A program made the position numbers and the translations under genes. From the NCBI GenBank assembly GCA_045577695.1, contig JAZNIW010000002.1, positions 205 to 64,204 on the forward strand: a DNA stretch of 64,000 nt, read 5' to 3'. Positions 46,838-57,044 of this stretch are shown in pieces (the stretch's first letter is position 1; the number at the start of each line of letters is the position of its first letter). The notes under the pieces are model-generated. The model saw only the letters and a list, made by a program, of their open reading frames with translations, was not told the DNA's origin and did no database searches. This DNA is from Acutalibacteraceae bacterium. Lineage in GTDB: Bacteria; Bacillota; Clostridia; Oscillospirales; Acutalibacteraceae.

Positions 46838-48799
46838 TTATTCCAATTCAAACGCACCGGTATAAAGCTGATAATATCTTCCCTGTTCGGCTATCAACTG
46901 CTCATGACTGCCCCGCTCGATAATCCGTCCTTGGTCCAGCACCATAATCACATCCGCATTTTGCACCGTCGAAAGGCGGTGGGCAATCACAAAGACAGTG
47001 CGTCCTTTCATCAGACTATCCATTCCTTTTTGCACGATAGATTCCGTGTGAGTGTCTATGCTGGAGGTGGCCTCATCCAAAATCATAACCGGTGGGTCCG
47101 CCACAGCAGCGCGCGCAATTGAAATCAGCTGGCGTTGCCCTTGCGAAAGGCCGGCACCATCCCCTGACAGCACGGTATCGTACCCGTTGGGCAACATTCG
47201 GATAAAACTGTCGGCATTGGCCAATTTTGCCGCCGCGATACATTCTTCATCGGTGGCATCCAATTTCCCGTACCGAATATTTTCCATTACGGTATCCGTA
47301 AACAGGTTGACCTCCTGCAATACCACACCCAGCGAGCGGCGTAAATCTTCTTTGCGAATCTTATCAATGTTGATGCCGTCGTAATGAATTTTTCCCTTTT
47401 TGATATCATAAAAGCGATTAATCAAATTGGTAATGGTGGTTTTGCCGGCACCGGTAGCCCCCACAAAGGCCACCTTTTGTCCCGGCTCGGCATACAGCGT
47501 GATATCGTGCAGAACGGTTTTTTCTTCGGTGTAACCGAAGTCCACGTGGGTGAGTTTAACATCGCCGGCCAACTCGGTATAGGTCACGCTGCCGTCTCCG
47601 TGACAGTGTTTCCAAGCCCATAATCCGGTACGGCAATCGCTTTCGACAAGTCCGTTTTCGGTACGGCGAGCATTCACCAAGGTAACATACCCCTCATCAT
47701 GTTCCTCTACCTCGTCCATCAAGGCGAAAATGCGCGCAGCACCGGCCATAGCCATCACCACCGAATTAATCTGTTGCGACACCTGATTGATAGGCATAGT
47801 AAAGTTGCGGCTGAGCAATAAAAAGGAAGCTATGCTCCCCAAGGTAAGACCACCAAATCCGCCGAAGGTTACTCCCGCAATAGTCCCAAATCCGCTCACG
47901 GCCAAAAGAGCACCCAATACCGCCACCAACACATACTGAATGTGGCCCATATTGTTCATCAATGGCCCCATTATATTGGCAATGGCATTGGCCTTGGTCG
48001 CATCCTCGCAAAGTTCTTGGTTAAACCGGTCAAAATCCTGCTTGGCTCTTTCTTCGCGGCAAAACACCTTAACCACCTTCTGGCCGTTTACCATCTCCTC
48101 AATATACCCGTTCATACGGCCTATGGCTTTTTGTTGCCCGACAAAGTAGACCCCCATCTTTCCTCCGATTTTGCCGGCCAAAGCCATCATTGCCGCCACC
48201 GTAAGCAATACAAAAACCGTTAAATACACGCTGATGGAAAGCATCGCAAAAAAGACCGACGTAATGGAAACGATGGAATGAAATAACTGCGGAACACTTT
48301 GAGAAATCATCTGCCGCAGCGTATCGGTATCGTTGGTATAATGGCTCATAATCTCGCCGTGGGAATGGGTATCAAAATACCGAATGGGCAACCGCTGCAT
48401 ATGGCCAAACATATTATCCCGCACCGTTTTTAACACACCTTGGGAAATCTTCACCATTAAAATTTGATACGCATAACCTGCCACAACTCCCAACAAACAA
48501 ACCACCGCCAAAGCCAAAACGGCTCGGAGTAGAGGCATAAAATCGGCTACCCCGCCGGCATCAACCGTTTGCAACATCGGGGTGATGTAACGGTCGATCA
48601 ACTTTCCGATGGAAGAAGAAACTACCACGTTCGTCACTGCACTGATGATGATGCAAAGCAACACCAATCCCAAACGAAATTTATAGGGCAACAATAAGGA
48701 AAGCAACCGTGCAACCGTTTTTTTATCCGGCCGCGCAATGGGTTTTCCATTCATATGGCCAACCTTTTGGCCGAATCGGCCGCCTCTACCGTGCATCAT
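46838..48799 (-). CDS. ABC exporter, fused permease/ATPase (multidrug-type half transporter)
   Basis: Six-TM domain, Walker A GATGAGKTT, signature LSQGQRQLISIARA, Walker B ILDEATSSID. ATG 48799 follows AAAGGGGGG and overlaps the upstream gene's end. Confidence 0.88.
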   Translation of the reverse strand: MMHGRGGRFGQKVGHMNGKPIARPDKKTVARLLSLLLPYKFRLGLVLLCIIISAVTNVVVSSSIGKLIDRYITPMLQTVDAGGVADFMPLLRAVLALAVVCLLGVVAGYAYQILMVKISQGVLKTVRDNMFGHMQRLPIRYFDTHSHGEIMSHYTNDTDTLRQMISQSVPQLFHSIVSITSVFFAMLSISVYLTVFVLLTVAAMMALAGKIGGKMGVYFVGQQKAIGRMNGYIEEMVNGQKVVKVFCREERAKQDFDRFNQELCEDATKANAIANIMGPLMNNMGHIQYVLVAVLGALLAVSGFGTIAGVTFGGFGGLTLGSIASFLLLSRNFTMPINQVSQQINSVVMAMAGAARIFALMDEVEEHDEGYVTLVNARRTENGLVESDCRTGLWAWKHCHGDGSVTYTELAGDVKLTHVDFGYTEEKTVLHDITLYAEPGQKVAFVGATGAGKTTITNLINRFYDIKKGKIHYDGINIDKIRKEDLRRSLGVVLQEVNLFTDTVMENIRYGKLDATDEECIAAAKLANADSFIRMLPNGYDTVLSGDGAGLSQGQRQLISIARAAVADPPVMILDEATSSIDTHTESIVQKGMDSLMKGRTVFVIAHRLSTVQNADVIMVLDQGRIIERGSHEQLIAEQGRYYQLYTGAFELE

Positions 48800-50531
48800 G
48801 GTGAAGCCCCCCTTTCTCTTGTGACTCATACACTTCGCGATAAATGGCATTGGTGGCCAACAATTCGTCGTGAGTGCCGATGCCATCCAGCCGTCCATCC
48901 TCCAGCACCAAAATCAAATCGGCGTGTTTCACCGAAGAAATACGCTGGGCAATAATAATTTTCGTGGTATCGGGCAGAGTCTTTGCCAAGCCCTTTTGAA
49001 TGAGGGCATCGGTTTTGGTGTCGACCGCGCTGGTCGAATCGTCGAAGATAATCACCTTAGGATTTTTTAAAAGGGCACGTGCAATACAAAGCCGTTGTTT
49101 TTGTCCCCCCGAAACATTGGTGCCGTCTTGCTCAATAAAGGTATCGTACCCATTTTCCATCTCCTGTATAAAGGAATCGGCCTGTGCAATGCGGCAGGCT
49201 TCCACCAACTGTTGGTCGGTGGCTGCTGCATTGCCCCAACGCAAATTTTCTTTTACGGTGCCCGAAAATAACACATTTTTTTGCAAGACTACCGCCACCT
49301 GGTTACGCAAGGTTTGAATATCGTAATCCCGCACATCTACCCCTCCAACCGAAACCGAGCCGCTCTTCACATCGTAAAGACGCGGAATCAAGCTCACCAA
49401 GGTTGATTTGGCGCTACCGGTCGCACCGATAATGCCGACCGTATCGCCCGATCGAAGAGAGAAAGAAATATCTTTAATGCAGCTTTCACCTTGCCCGCTC
49501 TTCTTCCCATAGGCAAAGGAAACGTGATCGAACACAATGCTGCCATCGGCCACTTTGGTCACGGGATTGGCGGGGTTTTTTAAATCGGTTTCTTCCCGTA
49601 ATACCTCGCAGACCCGTTCGGCCGAAGCGCGTGAAATGGTTAGCATAACAAAAATCATTGAAAGCATCATCAAGCTCGAAAGCACCTGCATGGCGTAGGT
49701 AATCATACTAAGCAATTCGCCCTCGGTCATACTGTGCGATACAATAAGTTTTGTACCAAACCAAGCAATCAGCAACATCCCACCATACATACACATTTGC
49801 ATCAAAGGAGAATTTAAGGCCACCCATTTTTCAGCCGTGACAAAATCGCGATAAATGGTTCCCGAAACGTCACAGAATTTTTCTTTTTCATATTCTTCCC
49901 GCACGTAAGATTTGACCACGCGGATACCTCGCAGATTTTCCTGTACCACGCCGTTTAATTTATCGTAGGTTTTGAAGGTGCGGCGAAAAATGGGGTGTGC
50001 GTGGGAGATAATCCAAAACAAGCCAACCCCTAATATAGGTATAATACCTAAGAAAATAAGGGCCAAGCGGTAATTGACCTGAAAGGCCATTATTAAAGAA
50101 AACAAAAAGATAGAAGGACTTCGAAAAGCAATGCGAATGACCATTTGATAGGCGTTTTGCAGATTGGTGACGTCGGTGGTAAGCCGCGTAACCAATCCCG
50201 AAGTGGAGAATTTATCGATGCCGGTAAAGGAAAAATTTTGAATGTTGTGATACATATCGTGCCGTACATTCTTGGCGAACCCGGCCGATGCTACCGCCGA
50301 CCAACGCGCCGATAACAAACCGAACGCCATCGAAAGCAGGCAGCAAATCAGTATAACCAAGCAACACCAGCCAACGTAGCGCATATCCCCTTTGTTTAGG
50401 CCGTTATCAATCAATTTGGCCATAATAAGGGGAATAATTACCTCCATTGCCACCTCTAACATAATTGTTATCGGAGCTAAAACAGAAGGGAGTTTATACT
50501 CCCGTATGCATTTTGCCAATTGTTTTATCAT
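48786..50531 (-). CDS. ABC exporter, fused permease/ATPase (partner half transporter)
   Basis: Walker A GATGSAKST, signature VSGGQKQRLCIARA, Walker B IIFDDSTSAVD. Confidence 0.88.
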   Translation of the reverse strand: MIKQLAKCIREYKLPSVLAPITIMLEVAMEVIIPLIMAKLIDNGLNKGDMRYVGWCCLVILICCLLSMAFGLLSARWSAVASAGFAKNVRHDMYHNIQNFSFTGIDKFSTSGLVTRLTTDVTNLQNAYQMVIRIAFRSPSIFLFSLIMAFQVNYRLALIFLGIIPILGVGLFWIISHAHPIFRRTFKTYDKLNGVVQENLRGIRVVKSYVREEYEKEKFCDVSGTIYRDFVTAEKWVALNSPLMQMCMYGGMLLIAWFGTKLIVSHSMTEGELLSMITYAMQVLSSLMMLSMIFVMLTISRASAERVCEVLREETDLKNPANPVTKVADGSIVFDHVSFAYGKKSGQGESCIKDISFSLRSGDTVGIIGATGSAKSTLVSLIPRLYDVKSGSVSVGGVDVRDYDIQTLRNQVAVVLQKNVLFSGTVKENLRWGNAAATDQQLVEACRIAQADSFIQEMENGYDTFIEQDGTNVSGGQKQRLCIARALLKNPKVIIFDDSTSAVDTKTDALIQKGLAKTLPDTTKIIIAQRISSVKHADLILVLEDGRLDGIGTHDELLATNAIYREVYESQEKGGLHHDAR

Positions 50532-50974
50532 TTTACATTTTCTCCTAAATTCTGCCTTATTTTAATAAGAAGGGCGAACAACATCTCCCGCTCTTTCTTC
50601 GTAATTCCTGCCAACACCGTTTGCTCTACACGCTCGATTTCGGCCACAAACAAACCGTGGCGCCGCCGTGCTGTTTCGGTGGGAAGAATTTGTTTTAAGC
50701 GAGCATCTTGCAAAACCGCTTTTCGCTCGATTAAACCGTGTTTCTCCATCGTTTGCAATATGGCCGTAGCAGTGGAACGACGAATGGAAAACTCGGTTTC
50801 CAAATCTTTTTGAAAGACAGCCTGCCCTTCGTGGCAACAAAGATAGTTAATCACTCGTCCTTGCATATGGGTCAATTTTTCCCATCCATGTACGGCCATA
50901 GCATTATCGATTTTGCGACGAATAAGGTTCGTGGTTTTTTTGAGTTCCAACCCAATGTGTTTGTCGCATGCCAT
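50528..50974 (-). CDS. MarR family transcriptional regulator
   Basis: Winged-helix core (QGRVINYLC...FSIRRSTATAILQTMEKHGLIER). There is an ATGA overlap with the first ABC gene. Confidence 0.85.
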   Translation of the reverse strand: MACDKHIGLELKKTTNLIRRKIDNAMAVHGWEKLTHMQGRVINYLCCHEGQAVFQKDLETEFSIRRSTATAILQTMEKHGLIERKAVLQDARLKQILPTETARRRHGLFVAEIERVEQTVLAGITKKEREMLFALLIKIRQNLGENVK

Positions 50975-50996
50975 CCTTATCACACCCCTTCTGCCC

Positions 50997-51020
50997 AAAA
51001 TGTTAGAACCCTAACATTTT
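50997..51020. promoter_or_regulatory. candidate MarR operator (10-bp perfect inverted repeat)
   Basis: AAAATGTTAG-AACC-CTAACATTTT, overlapping the -10 element of the marR operon promoter. Confidence 0.6.
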
Positions 51021-51045
51021 AACACATCCTCTTTTTCCTTGTCAA
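51016..51045 (-). promoter_or_regulatory. sigma-A promoter of the marR-ABC operon
   Basis: Minus strand: TTGACA (51045-51040), 18-nt spacer, TAAAAT (51021-51016). Confidence 0.6.
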
Positions 51046-51362
51046 TCCAAAATCAACAAATTTTTCCGATTCTTTTCCTTTCAACCAATTCCCTTTTTTG
51101 TTGCTTTTTGTTTCACGGTCTACTATCCAAAACCGGCAAAGAAATCCAATATGCCCAAATAAAAAAGGTGCCCCAAACGGCCGGGATAACCAATCCCCGC
51201 AAAACGGTTTTTTCAAAATCAATACCTTTCTTTGAATATCAAATACAATTTTTGTTTTTAAATAGTGAAAAACTTATTCCCGATAAGGTTGCATCACCCC
51301 TTTTTAATTTTTAAAAGGAGCTTTTTTGGATTTGGGCTTTTTGAAAAAATACACAATAGCAT

Positions 51363-51391
51363 TTGATTTTCTCTGCTGTATCGTGTATACT
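51363..51391 (+). promoter_or_regulatory. candidate promoter of murD
   Basis: TTGATT, 17-nt spacer, TATACT (51386-51391). Confidence 0.5.
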
Positions 51392-51435
51392 ATATTTTGT
51401 ATAAAAATATCCATTTTTTTCTTGGAGGTTTTTTT

Positions 51436-52818
51436 ATGGATTGCAAACAGTTATTCGATTCCATTCACCAAAAACGAATCGCCATGTGCGGCATTGGCAT
51501 CAGCAATACCCCCTTGATTTTGAAATTTTTACAAAAAGGGGCCAGAGTGTTTGCCTGTGACCGCCGAGAACGGGCCGCCATCGGCGAACTGGCCGACCGT
51601 TTGGAACAGGCCGGCGCCGAACTTCGCCTTGGCGAAGATTATTTAAAAGATTTAGAGGTTGACGTAATTTTCCGCACCCCCGGTATGAACTTCCATTTAC
51701 CGGAGTTGGCCGAAGCGCGACATAAAGGCATCGCCGTCACGTCGGAGATGGAGGTGTTTTTCGACCTATGTCCCGCGACCATTTTTGCCGTTACCGGTTC
51801 GGACGGAAAAACAACCACCACGACTCTCATTGCGAAAATGTTAGAAGCAGCCGGTAAAAAGGTTCACGTGGGCGGCAACATTGGACGCCCCTTACTACCC
51901 GAACTGGAATCCATTTCGCCCGACGATTTTGTGGTGGTAGAACTTTCCTCTTTCCAACTAATCTCGATGCGAAAAAGTCCCGATGTGGCGGTGATAACCA
52001 ACGTGGCCCCCAACCATTTGGATGTGCATAAGGATATGGACGAATACATTGACGCCAAGAAAAACATTATTCTGCATCAAAACGCCTTCTCCCGCACCGT
52101 GCTCAATTACGATGACAGCATTACTAACGGCTTTGTCCGTGAAGTGCGGGGTCAACTGCTGCACTTCAGTATGAATCAACGGGTGAAAAACGGTGCTTGG
52201 TTGGATGCCGACGGTAATCTGTTTATGAGCTATCGCGGTATCAATGCACCCATTATGAACAAAAGCGATATTGCCATTTTGGGTGAACACAACGTCGAAA
52301 ACTATTTGGCCGCCATTTCAGCTGTTTGGGGCTATGTAGGTGCCGACGAAATCCGTCAAGTGGCCCAAGAATTTATGGGTGTAGAACACCGCATTGAATT
52401 CGTACGCGAAAAGGACGGTGTGCGCTACTATAACGATTCCATCGCCTCCAGTCCCACTCGCACCATTGCGGGGCTGAAATCCTTTGATAAAAATATTATT
52501 CTTTTGGCCGGCGGATATGACAAACACATTCCCTTTGACCCAATGGTACCCTATATTATCGAAAAGGTAAAACTCTTAATTTTAACGGGGCCAACCGCCG
52601 AAAAAATTGAAAAAGCCGTGAAAAAGGACCCTCGGTATATGGGTTACAACCCCACCATTCTCCACGCAAAAAACTTACAGGAAGCGGTGCAAATCGCCCA
52701 CGAAAATGCCGTTTCCGGCGACGTGGTTACCCTGAGTCCCGCCTGCGCCAGTTTCGACGCTTTCCCCAATTTTGCCGTACGCGGTGATACCTTTAAAAAG
52801 CTGGTAAACGAATTATAA
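51436..52818 (+). CDS. murD: UDP-N-acetylmuramoyl-L-alanine--D-glutamate ligase
   Basis: N-terminal Rossmann GIGISNTPL and ATP-site VTGSDGKTTTTTL. ATG 51436 follows GGAGG. Confidence 0.9.
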   Translation: MDCKQLFDSIHQKRIAMCGIGISNTPLILKFLQKGARVFACDRRERAAIGELADRLEQAGAELRLGEDYLKDLEVDVIFRTPGMNFHLPELAEARHKGIAVTSEMEVFFDLCPATIFAVTGSDGKTTTTTLIAKMLEAAGKKVHVGGNIGRPLLPELESISPDDFVVVELSSFQLISMRKSPDVAVITNVAPNHLDVHKDMDEYIDAKKNIILHQNAFSRTVLNYDDSITNGFVREVRGQLLHFSMNQRVKNGAWLDADGNLFMSYRGINAPIMNKSDIAILGEHNVENYLAAISAVWGYVGADEIRQVAQEFMGVEHRIEFVREKDGVRYYNDSIASSPTRTIAGLKSFDKNIILLAGGYDKHIPFDPMVPYIIEKVKLLILTGPTAEKIEKAVKKDPRYMGYNPTILHAKNLQEAVQIAHENAVSGDVVTLSPACASFDAFPNFAVRGDTFKKLVNEL

Positions 52819-52837
52819 ACCAAAAAGGAATGCCAAT

Positions 52838-53839
52838 ATGTTACACCTAAAACAACTTCTTTGTGAATTAGCCGATGCCGAAGCCATTGGCCACCGTCAA
52901 ACGGCTGTGGATGTTGCCGTAAAGCATTTAGCACCGTTTAGCACCATCCATCGTACCGAACAATATCTGTTGGCCACTATGGATAAAGGTGCAAAACACA
53001 CCCTTATGCTTGAAGCCCATATAGACGAAGTCGGTATGATCGTCACCAATATTTTTGAAGATGGCTTTTTGGCCGTTTCGCCGGTCGGAACATTGGATGG
53101 GCGCTTTCTGCCCTCCACCCCCGTTCGCATTTTCGGCAAAGAAATCCTCACCGGTGTCTTTGCCGGTTTGCCGCCCCATTTGAAAAAGGAGGATACCTGC
53201 GCTTCGTTTGAAGATTGTTATATTGATACCGGCCGCGCCGATATTGGCGAAAAAGTTTCGCTTGGTGATTTTGTGCTGTTTGATGCACCTGCCACCCCTT
53301 TGCTCGGTAGCCGCATTACCGGTAAAGCGATGGACAACCGTTGCGGCGTAGCGGCCGTGATTGCAACCGGCAAACGGTTAGCCACGGCCGACTGTCCTTT
53401 TAATCTGCAACTGTTTTTTCCTTTGGGGGAAGAGTTGGGGTTACGCGGAGCCAAGGTAGGCAGTTTTGCCCATCCGGCTGATCAGAGCATTTCGGTCGAC
53501 GTCAGTTTTGGGGACTGTCCCGATGTCCCCACGCACAAAACGGCCAAGCTGGGAAGTGGGGCTATGATTGGTGTTTCACCCGTTCTCTCCGGGGCAATTT
53601 ATAATGCCTTAAAACAAACCGCTAAACAACAAAACATTCCCTTCACCTTAGAAGTGATGGGTGGGACTACATCCACCGATGCCGATGCCATCGCCCTCAC
53701 GGGTGGGGGCATTCCCAGCGGGTTGGTTTCGATTCCGCTTCGCCATATGCACACCCCCGTCGAAGTGGTTGACCTTGCCGATCTGCAGGCTGTTTGCGAT
53801 TTACTGTATCATTACGCGATGAAAGGAGAGCCGGTATGA
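52838..53839 (+). CDS. M42 family metallopeptidase (copy 1)
   Basis: LEAHIDEVGMIV, GKAMDNRCG and EELGLRGA. Confidence 0.85.
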   Translation: MLHLKQLLCELADAEAIGHRQTAVDVAVKHLAPFSTIHRTEQYLLATMDKGAKHTLMLEAHIDEVGMIVTNIFEDGFLAVSPVGTLDGRFLPSTPVRIFGKEILTGVFAGLPPHLKKEDTCASFEDCYIDTGRADIGEKVSLGDFVLFDAPATPLLGSRITGKAMDNRCGVAAVIATGKRLATADCPFNLQLFFPLGEELGLRGAKVGSFAHPADQSISVDVSFGDCPDVPTHKTAKLGSGAMIGVSPVLSGAIYNALKQTAKQQNIPFTLEVMGGTTSTDADAIALTGGGIPSGLVSIPLRHMHTPVEVVDLADLQAVCDLLYHYAMKGEPV

Positions 53840-54864
53840 AAGAATGCATCTCCTTATTAAAACAACTCTGTACGTTAAACGGCCCCTCAGGTGCGGAGAG
53901 CCCCGTGCGAGATTTTATTCTCTCTCAAATTGAGAAAGAATGCGATGCCTCTGTGGATCGTATGGGCAATATTATTGCCTTTAAAAAAGGCATAAAACGA
54001 CCCTATCATAAGGTTCTTCTGGATGCCCATATGGATGAAGTCGGTGTGATTATCACCGATGTAACCGAAACGGGACTTCTTCGGTTTGCCGTGGTGGGCG
54101 GGATAGAAATCAGTGCATTGCTCTGTAAACGGGTAGCCTTCGACCAAGTGGTCGGAGTCATTGGCAGCAAGCCGATTCATCTTTCCTCTGCTGCCGAACG
54201 CAAGGTTAATCCCACCTTAGACCAACTTACCATCGACATCGGTGCCGCCAATAAACAAGAAGCATTAGAACAGATTGAAATCGGCCAAATTGGCACCTTT
54301 GTTCCCTTTTACAAAGAAAGCGGCAAAACCACCTTGTTCGCCAAAGCGTTAGACAATCGAGTGGGATGTGCCGTCTTAATCCGTCTGTTGCAACAACCTG
54401 CCGAATATGATTTTTATGCCACCTTTACCGTGGGAGAGGAGCTGGGCCTACGCGGTGCGAAAACCGCCGCCTATACGGTTTCTCCCGATGTGGCCGTGGT
54501 GCTGGAATCGACCACTGCAGCCGACCTGCATGGCGTTCGCGCAGAAGAAACGGTCTGTCATCTCGGACAGGGGGTTACGGTTCCCTTTATGGACCGCACC
54601 ACCCTTTATCCTCGTACACTGCTAAATAAAGCCTTCGACCTTGCGAAACAACACAACATTCCCATTCAAACCAAAAAAATGGTGGCGGGCGGCAATAATG
54701 CCGGCGCCGTTAGTCTAACCAAAAGCGGTATTCCCACCATAACCTTAGCAACGCCTTGTCGGTATATTCACGCCGACGTCGCTCTCGCCGATATGCTCGA
54801 TATAAAAGCTAAGAAAGATTTGGCTCTTGTTTTACTGAATGCGTTGGCGAGGGCCAACCAATGA
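53836..54864 (+). CDS. M42 family metallopeptidase (copy 2)
   Basis: LDAHMDEVGVII, AKALDNRVG and EELGLRGA. There is an ATGA overlap with copy 1. Confidence 0.85.
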   Translation: MKECISLLKQLCTLNGPSGAESPVRDFILSQIEKECDASVDRMGNIIAFKKGIKRPYHKVLLDAHMDEVGVIITDVTETGLLRFAVVGGIEISALLCKRVAFDQVVGVIGSKPIHLSSAAERKVNPTLDQLTIDIGAANKQEALEQIEIGQIGTFVPFYKESGKTTLFAKALDNRVGCAVLIRLLQQPAEYDFYATFTVGEELGLRGAKTAAYTVSPDVAVVLESTTAADLHGVRAEETVCHLGQGVTVPFMDRTTLYPRTLLNKAFDLAKQHNIPIQTKKMVAGGNNAGAVSLTKSGIPTITLATPCRYIHADVALADMLDIKAKKDLALVLLNALARANQ

Positions 54865-55604
54865 TTACTCTTCACCAAAAAAATTCACCCCCTTTTCTGC
54901 CTTGTGCGGAGAGTTTTGTCGGGGTGAAAATCCTTTCTACCCTTGCGGCCTACGGCACCGATTATCCCTTTTTTACCGTTTGGGTGCAAATCCAAGAGGG
55001 CTGTCCCACCGCCCTACTTGCCAAAATGGAAGAAACCGTTTTTCTGGTCGCCGAACCGTCGGCCGACTACGCCGAACTGGCGGCCTTTTTACAAGCCATC
55101 GACTTTCATTTTTTGCAGGCGGAATCAACCTTGTTACAAGCATTGGGCTTTGCCCCCACCACCACCTATTGCGTGGTAACAAGAACGGGACAAGGGATAA
55201 ACCAATCACCCACCCAACCACCACCCCTTGCCTTGGTGTATGAAATTTTAACAGCAGAACCGTTGCCGCATTTGCAACTTGGAGATGTGACTGCTTGGTA
55301 TACCGATATCTCCCATCGCCTTCGTCACGGCACCGCCTGCGTAGCCATAAAAGAAAATTCCGCCGTGGCGGTTTGTTCTCACATCACCGATAACGCCGCC
55401 GTTATCAGCGGCGTTGCTACCATTCCCGCAGCACGCGGTCGAGGTATCGGAAAAGCGGTGTTGTTGGAATGTATTTCGCGTTTAGGAGGGCGAAATATTT
55501 TCGCCGCTTGTGAAAAATCCCTGCTTCCTTTTTATCGTTCCTGCGGCTTTTCCGAATGTGGTACCGTCGCGCAATATCAAAACATAAACATAGAGGTAAT
55601 GTAA
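54861..55604 (+). CDS. GNAT family N-acetyltransferase with an uncharacterised N-terminal half
   Basis: C-terminal acetyl-CoA motif ARGRGIGKAVL...LPFYRSCGF. There is an ATGA overlap with the upstream gene. Confidence 0.7.
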   Translation: MITLHQKNSPPFLPCAESFVGVKILSTLAAYGTDYPFFTVWVQIQEGCPTALLAKMEETVFLVAEPSADYAELAAFLQAIDFHFLQAESTLLQALGFAPTTTYCVVTRTGQGINQSPTQPPPLALVYEILTAEPLPHLQLGDVTAWYTDISHRLRHGTACVAIKENSAVAVCSHITDNAAVISGVATIPAARGRGIGKAVLLECISRLGGRNIFAACEKSLLPFYRSCGFSECGTVAQYQNINIEVM

Positions 55605-55605
55605 T

Positions 55606-56883
55606 ATGCTTCCCTTTTTTTCTGTGAACCAAAAAATCGCTCCTTTGGACGAGGCAGCCATCAACCGCGCACAACAACAGTTTTCCGACATCGACCGTAT
55701 ATGCGAATATAATCAATTAAAGGTACTCTCCGCCTTTATTCATCACCGCGTCAGCGAAAGCAATTTCGCCCCCACAACCGGCTACGGATACGGTGACAAG
55801 GGGCGGGATGACCTCGATGCAGTTTTGGCCGAAATTTTCGGGGCAGAGGATGCCCTGATTCGTCACGGTTTTGCCAGCGGCACCCACACCTTAACGGTGG
55901 CTTTATTTGGCCTGCTCCGTCCGGGAGATACTATGCTTTGTGTCACCGGTCGCCCCTACGACACCTTAATCGGGGTGTTGGGATGCGACCACAAAACCGA
56001 TGGCTCTTTGGCCGATTTCGGGGTGCATTATAAGGAGGTTAGCTTGACCGAGAACGGTCGGCCGGACCTTCCCGCCATCCAAGAAGCGGTTGGTCGCGAA
56101 AAGCCAAAGATGGTCTACATTCAGCGTTCGCGCGGCTATTCCCTTCGCCCCAGTTTAACCATAAGCGAAATAGAAGCTATCTGCCAAACCGTCCGTGCCG
56201 CCTATGCCGATACCATTATCATGGTAGACAACTGCTATGGCGAATTTACCGAAAAAAAGGAACCGGTGCAGGTGGGTGCCGATATTATAGCCGGATCGCT
56301 AATTAAAAATCCCGGCGGCGGCATTGCCCCTTGCGGCGGCTATATCGCCGGTCGGCGCGATTTGGTAGAATCCTGCTCCTACCGTATGACGGCGCCGGGT
56401 GTCGGCCGCGAGGTGGGAGCCTCACTCGGTCACAACCGCGAACTCTATATGGGTTTGTTCCACGCCCCCCACATCACAGGAGAAGCTATGAAGGCCGCCG
56501 TATATGCCGCCGCCCTCTTTACCGAAATGGGCTTTTCCGTCACCCCCACCGTGGAAGAAACCCGTGGCGATATCATTCAAGCTATTCTGCTGAAAACTCC
56601 AAAAAATCTCATTGGTTTTTGTAGGGGGTTGCAAAGCGGCGCACCGGTTGACTCACACCTCTCCCCCGAGCCGTGGGATATGCCGGGTTATGACGATAAG
56701 GTAATTATGGCGGCCGGCGCTTTCACCCTTGGCTCGTCGATTGAGCTTTCGGCCGATGCCCCCCTGCGGGAGCCCTTTGCCGTATGGATGCAAGGCGGTC
56801 TGAATTTTCATAGTGCCCGCGCGGCCATTTTGATGGCTGCCGAGCAAGTTTTATTGGAAAACCAAGAAAATAACAAAAAATAA
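55606..56883 (+). CDS. YnbB / methionine gamma-lyase family PLP protein (aluminium-resistance family)
   Basis: QLKVLSAFIHHRVSESNFAPTTGYGYGDKGRDDLD and GSLIKNPGGG are typical of this family. Confidence 0.75.
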   Translation: MLPFFSVNQKIAPLDEAAINRAQQQFSDIDRICEYNQLKVLSAFIHHRVSESNFAPTTGYGYGDKGRDDLDAVLAEIFGAEDALIRHGFASGTHTLTVALFGLLRPGDTMLCVTGRPYDTLIGVLGCDHKTDGSLADFGVHYKEVSLTENGRPDLPAIQEAVGREKPKMVYIQRSRGYSLRPSLTISEIEAICQTVRAAYADTIIMVDNCYGEFTEKKEPVQVGADIIAGSLIKNPGGGIAPCGGYIAGRRDLVESCSYRMTAPGVGREVGASLGHNRELYMGLFHAPHITGEAMKAAVYAAALFTEMGFSVTPTVEETRGDIIQAILLKTPKNLIGFCRGLQSGAPVDSHLSPEPWDMPGYDDKVIMAAGAFTLGSSIELSADAPLREPFAVWMQGGLNFHSARAAILMAAEQVLLENQENNKK

Positions 56884-56968
56884 TAAACGAGCAAATAAGA
56901 GAAAAACGAAGAAAAAAAGAGAAAACAAGAGCTTGTGGATTGTAAATTAAAAAAAGTATAAAAAAGTG

Positions 56969-56997
56969 TTGACAAAAAAACTCGCTTATGGTATCAT
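56969..56997 (+). promoter_or_regulatory. sigma-A promoter of rplM-rpsI
   Basis: TTGACA (56969-56974), 17-nt spacer ending in TGG, TATCAT (56992-56997). Confidence 0.75.
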
Positions 56998-57044
56998 ACT
57001 TTGGCACGAAAATGATTTCGAAATATTTAGTTGGAGGAAATGTT

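Noticed and set aside
51019-51222. 67-aa minus-strand ORF in the marR-murD spacer. More generally, the roughly 300-bp gene-free stretch 51046-51362.
   Set aside because: The ORF starts upstream of the marR promoter region and has no SD. I found no convincing hairpins, repeats or RNA motifs in the spacer, so it was left unannotated.
51326-51517. 63-aa hydrophobic ORF with a good SD (AAGGAG-6 nt-TTG) overlapping the murD start.
   Set aside because: It lies in AT-rich promoter DNA, where Phe/Ile/Leu-rich frames arise by chance. It contains the predicted murD promoter and overlaps murD out of frame. No homology is recognised.
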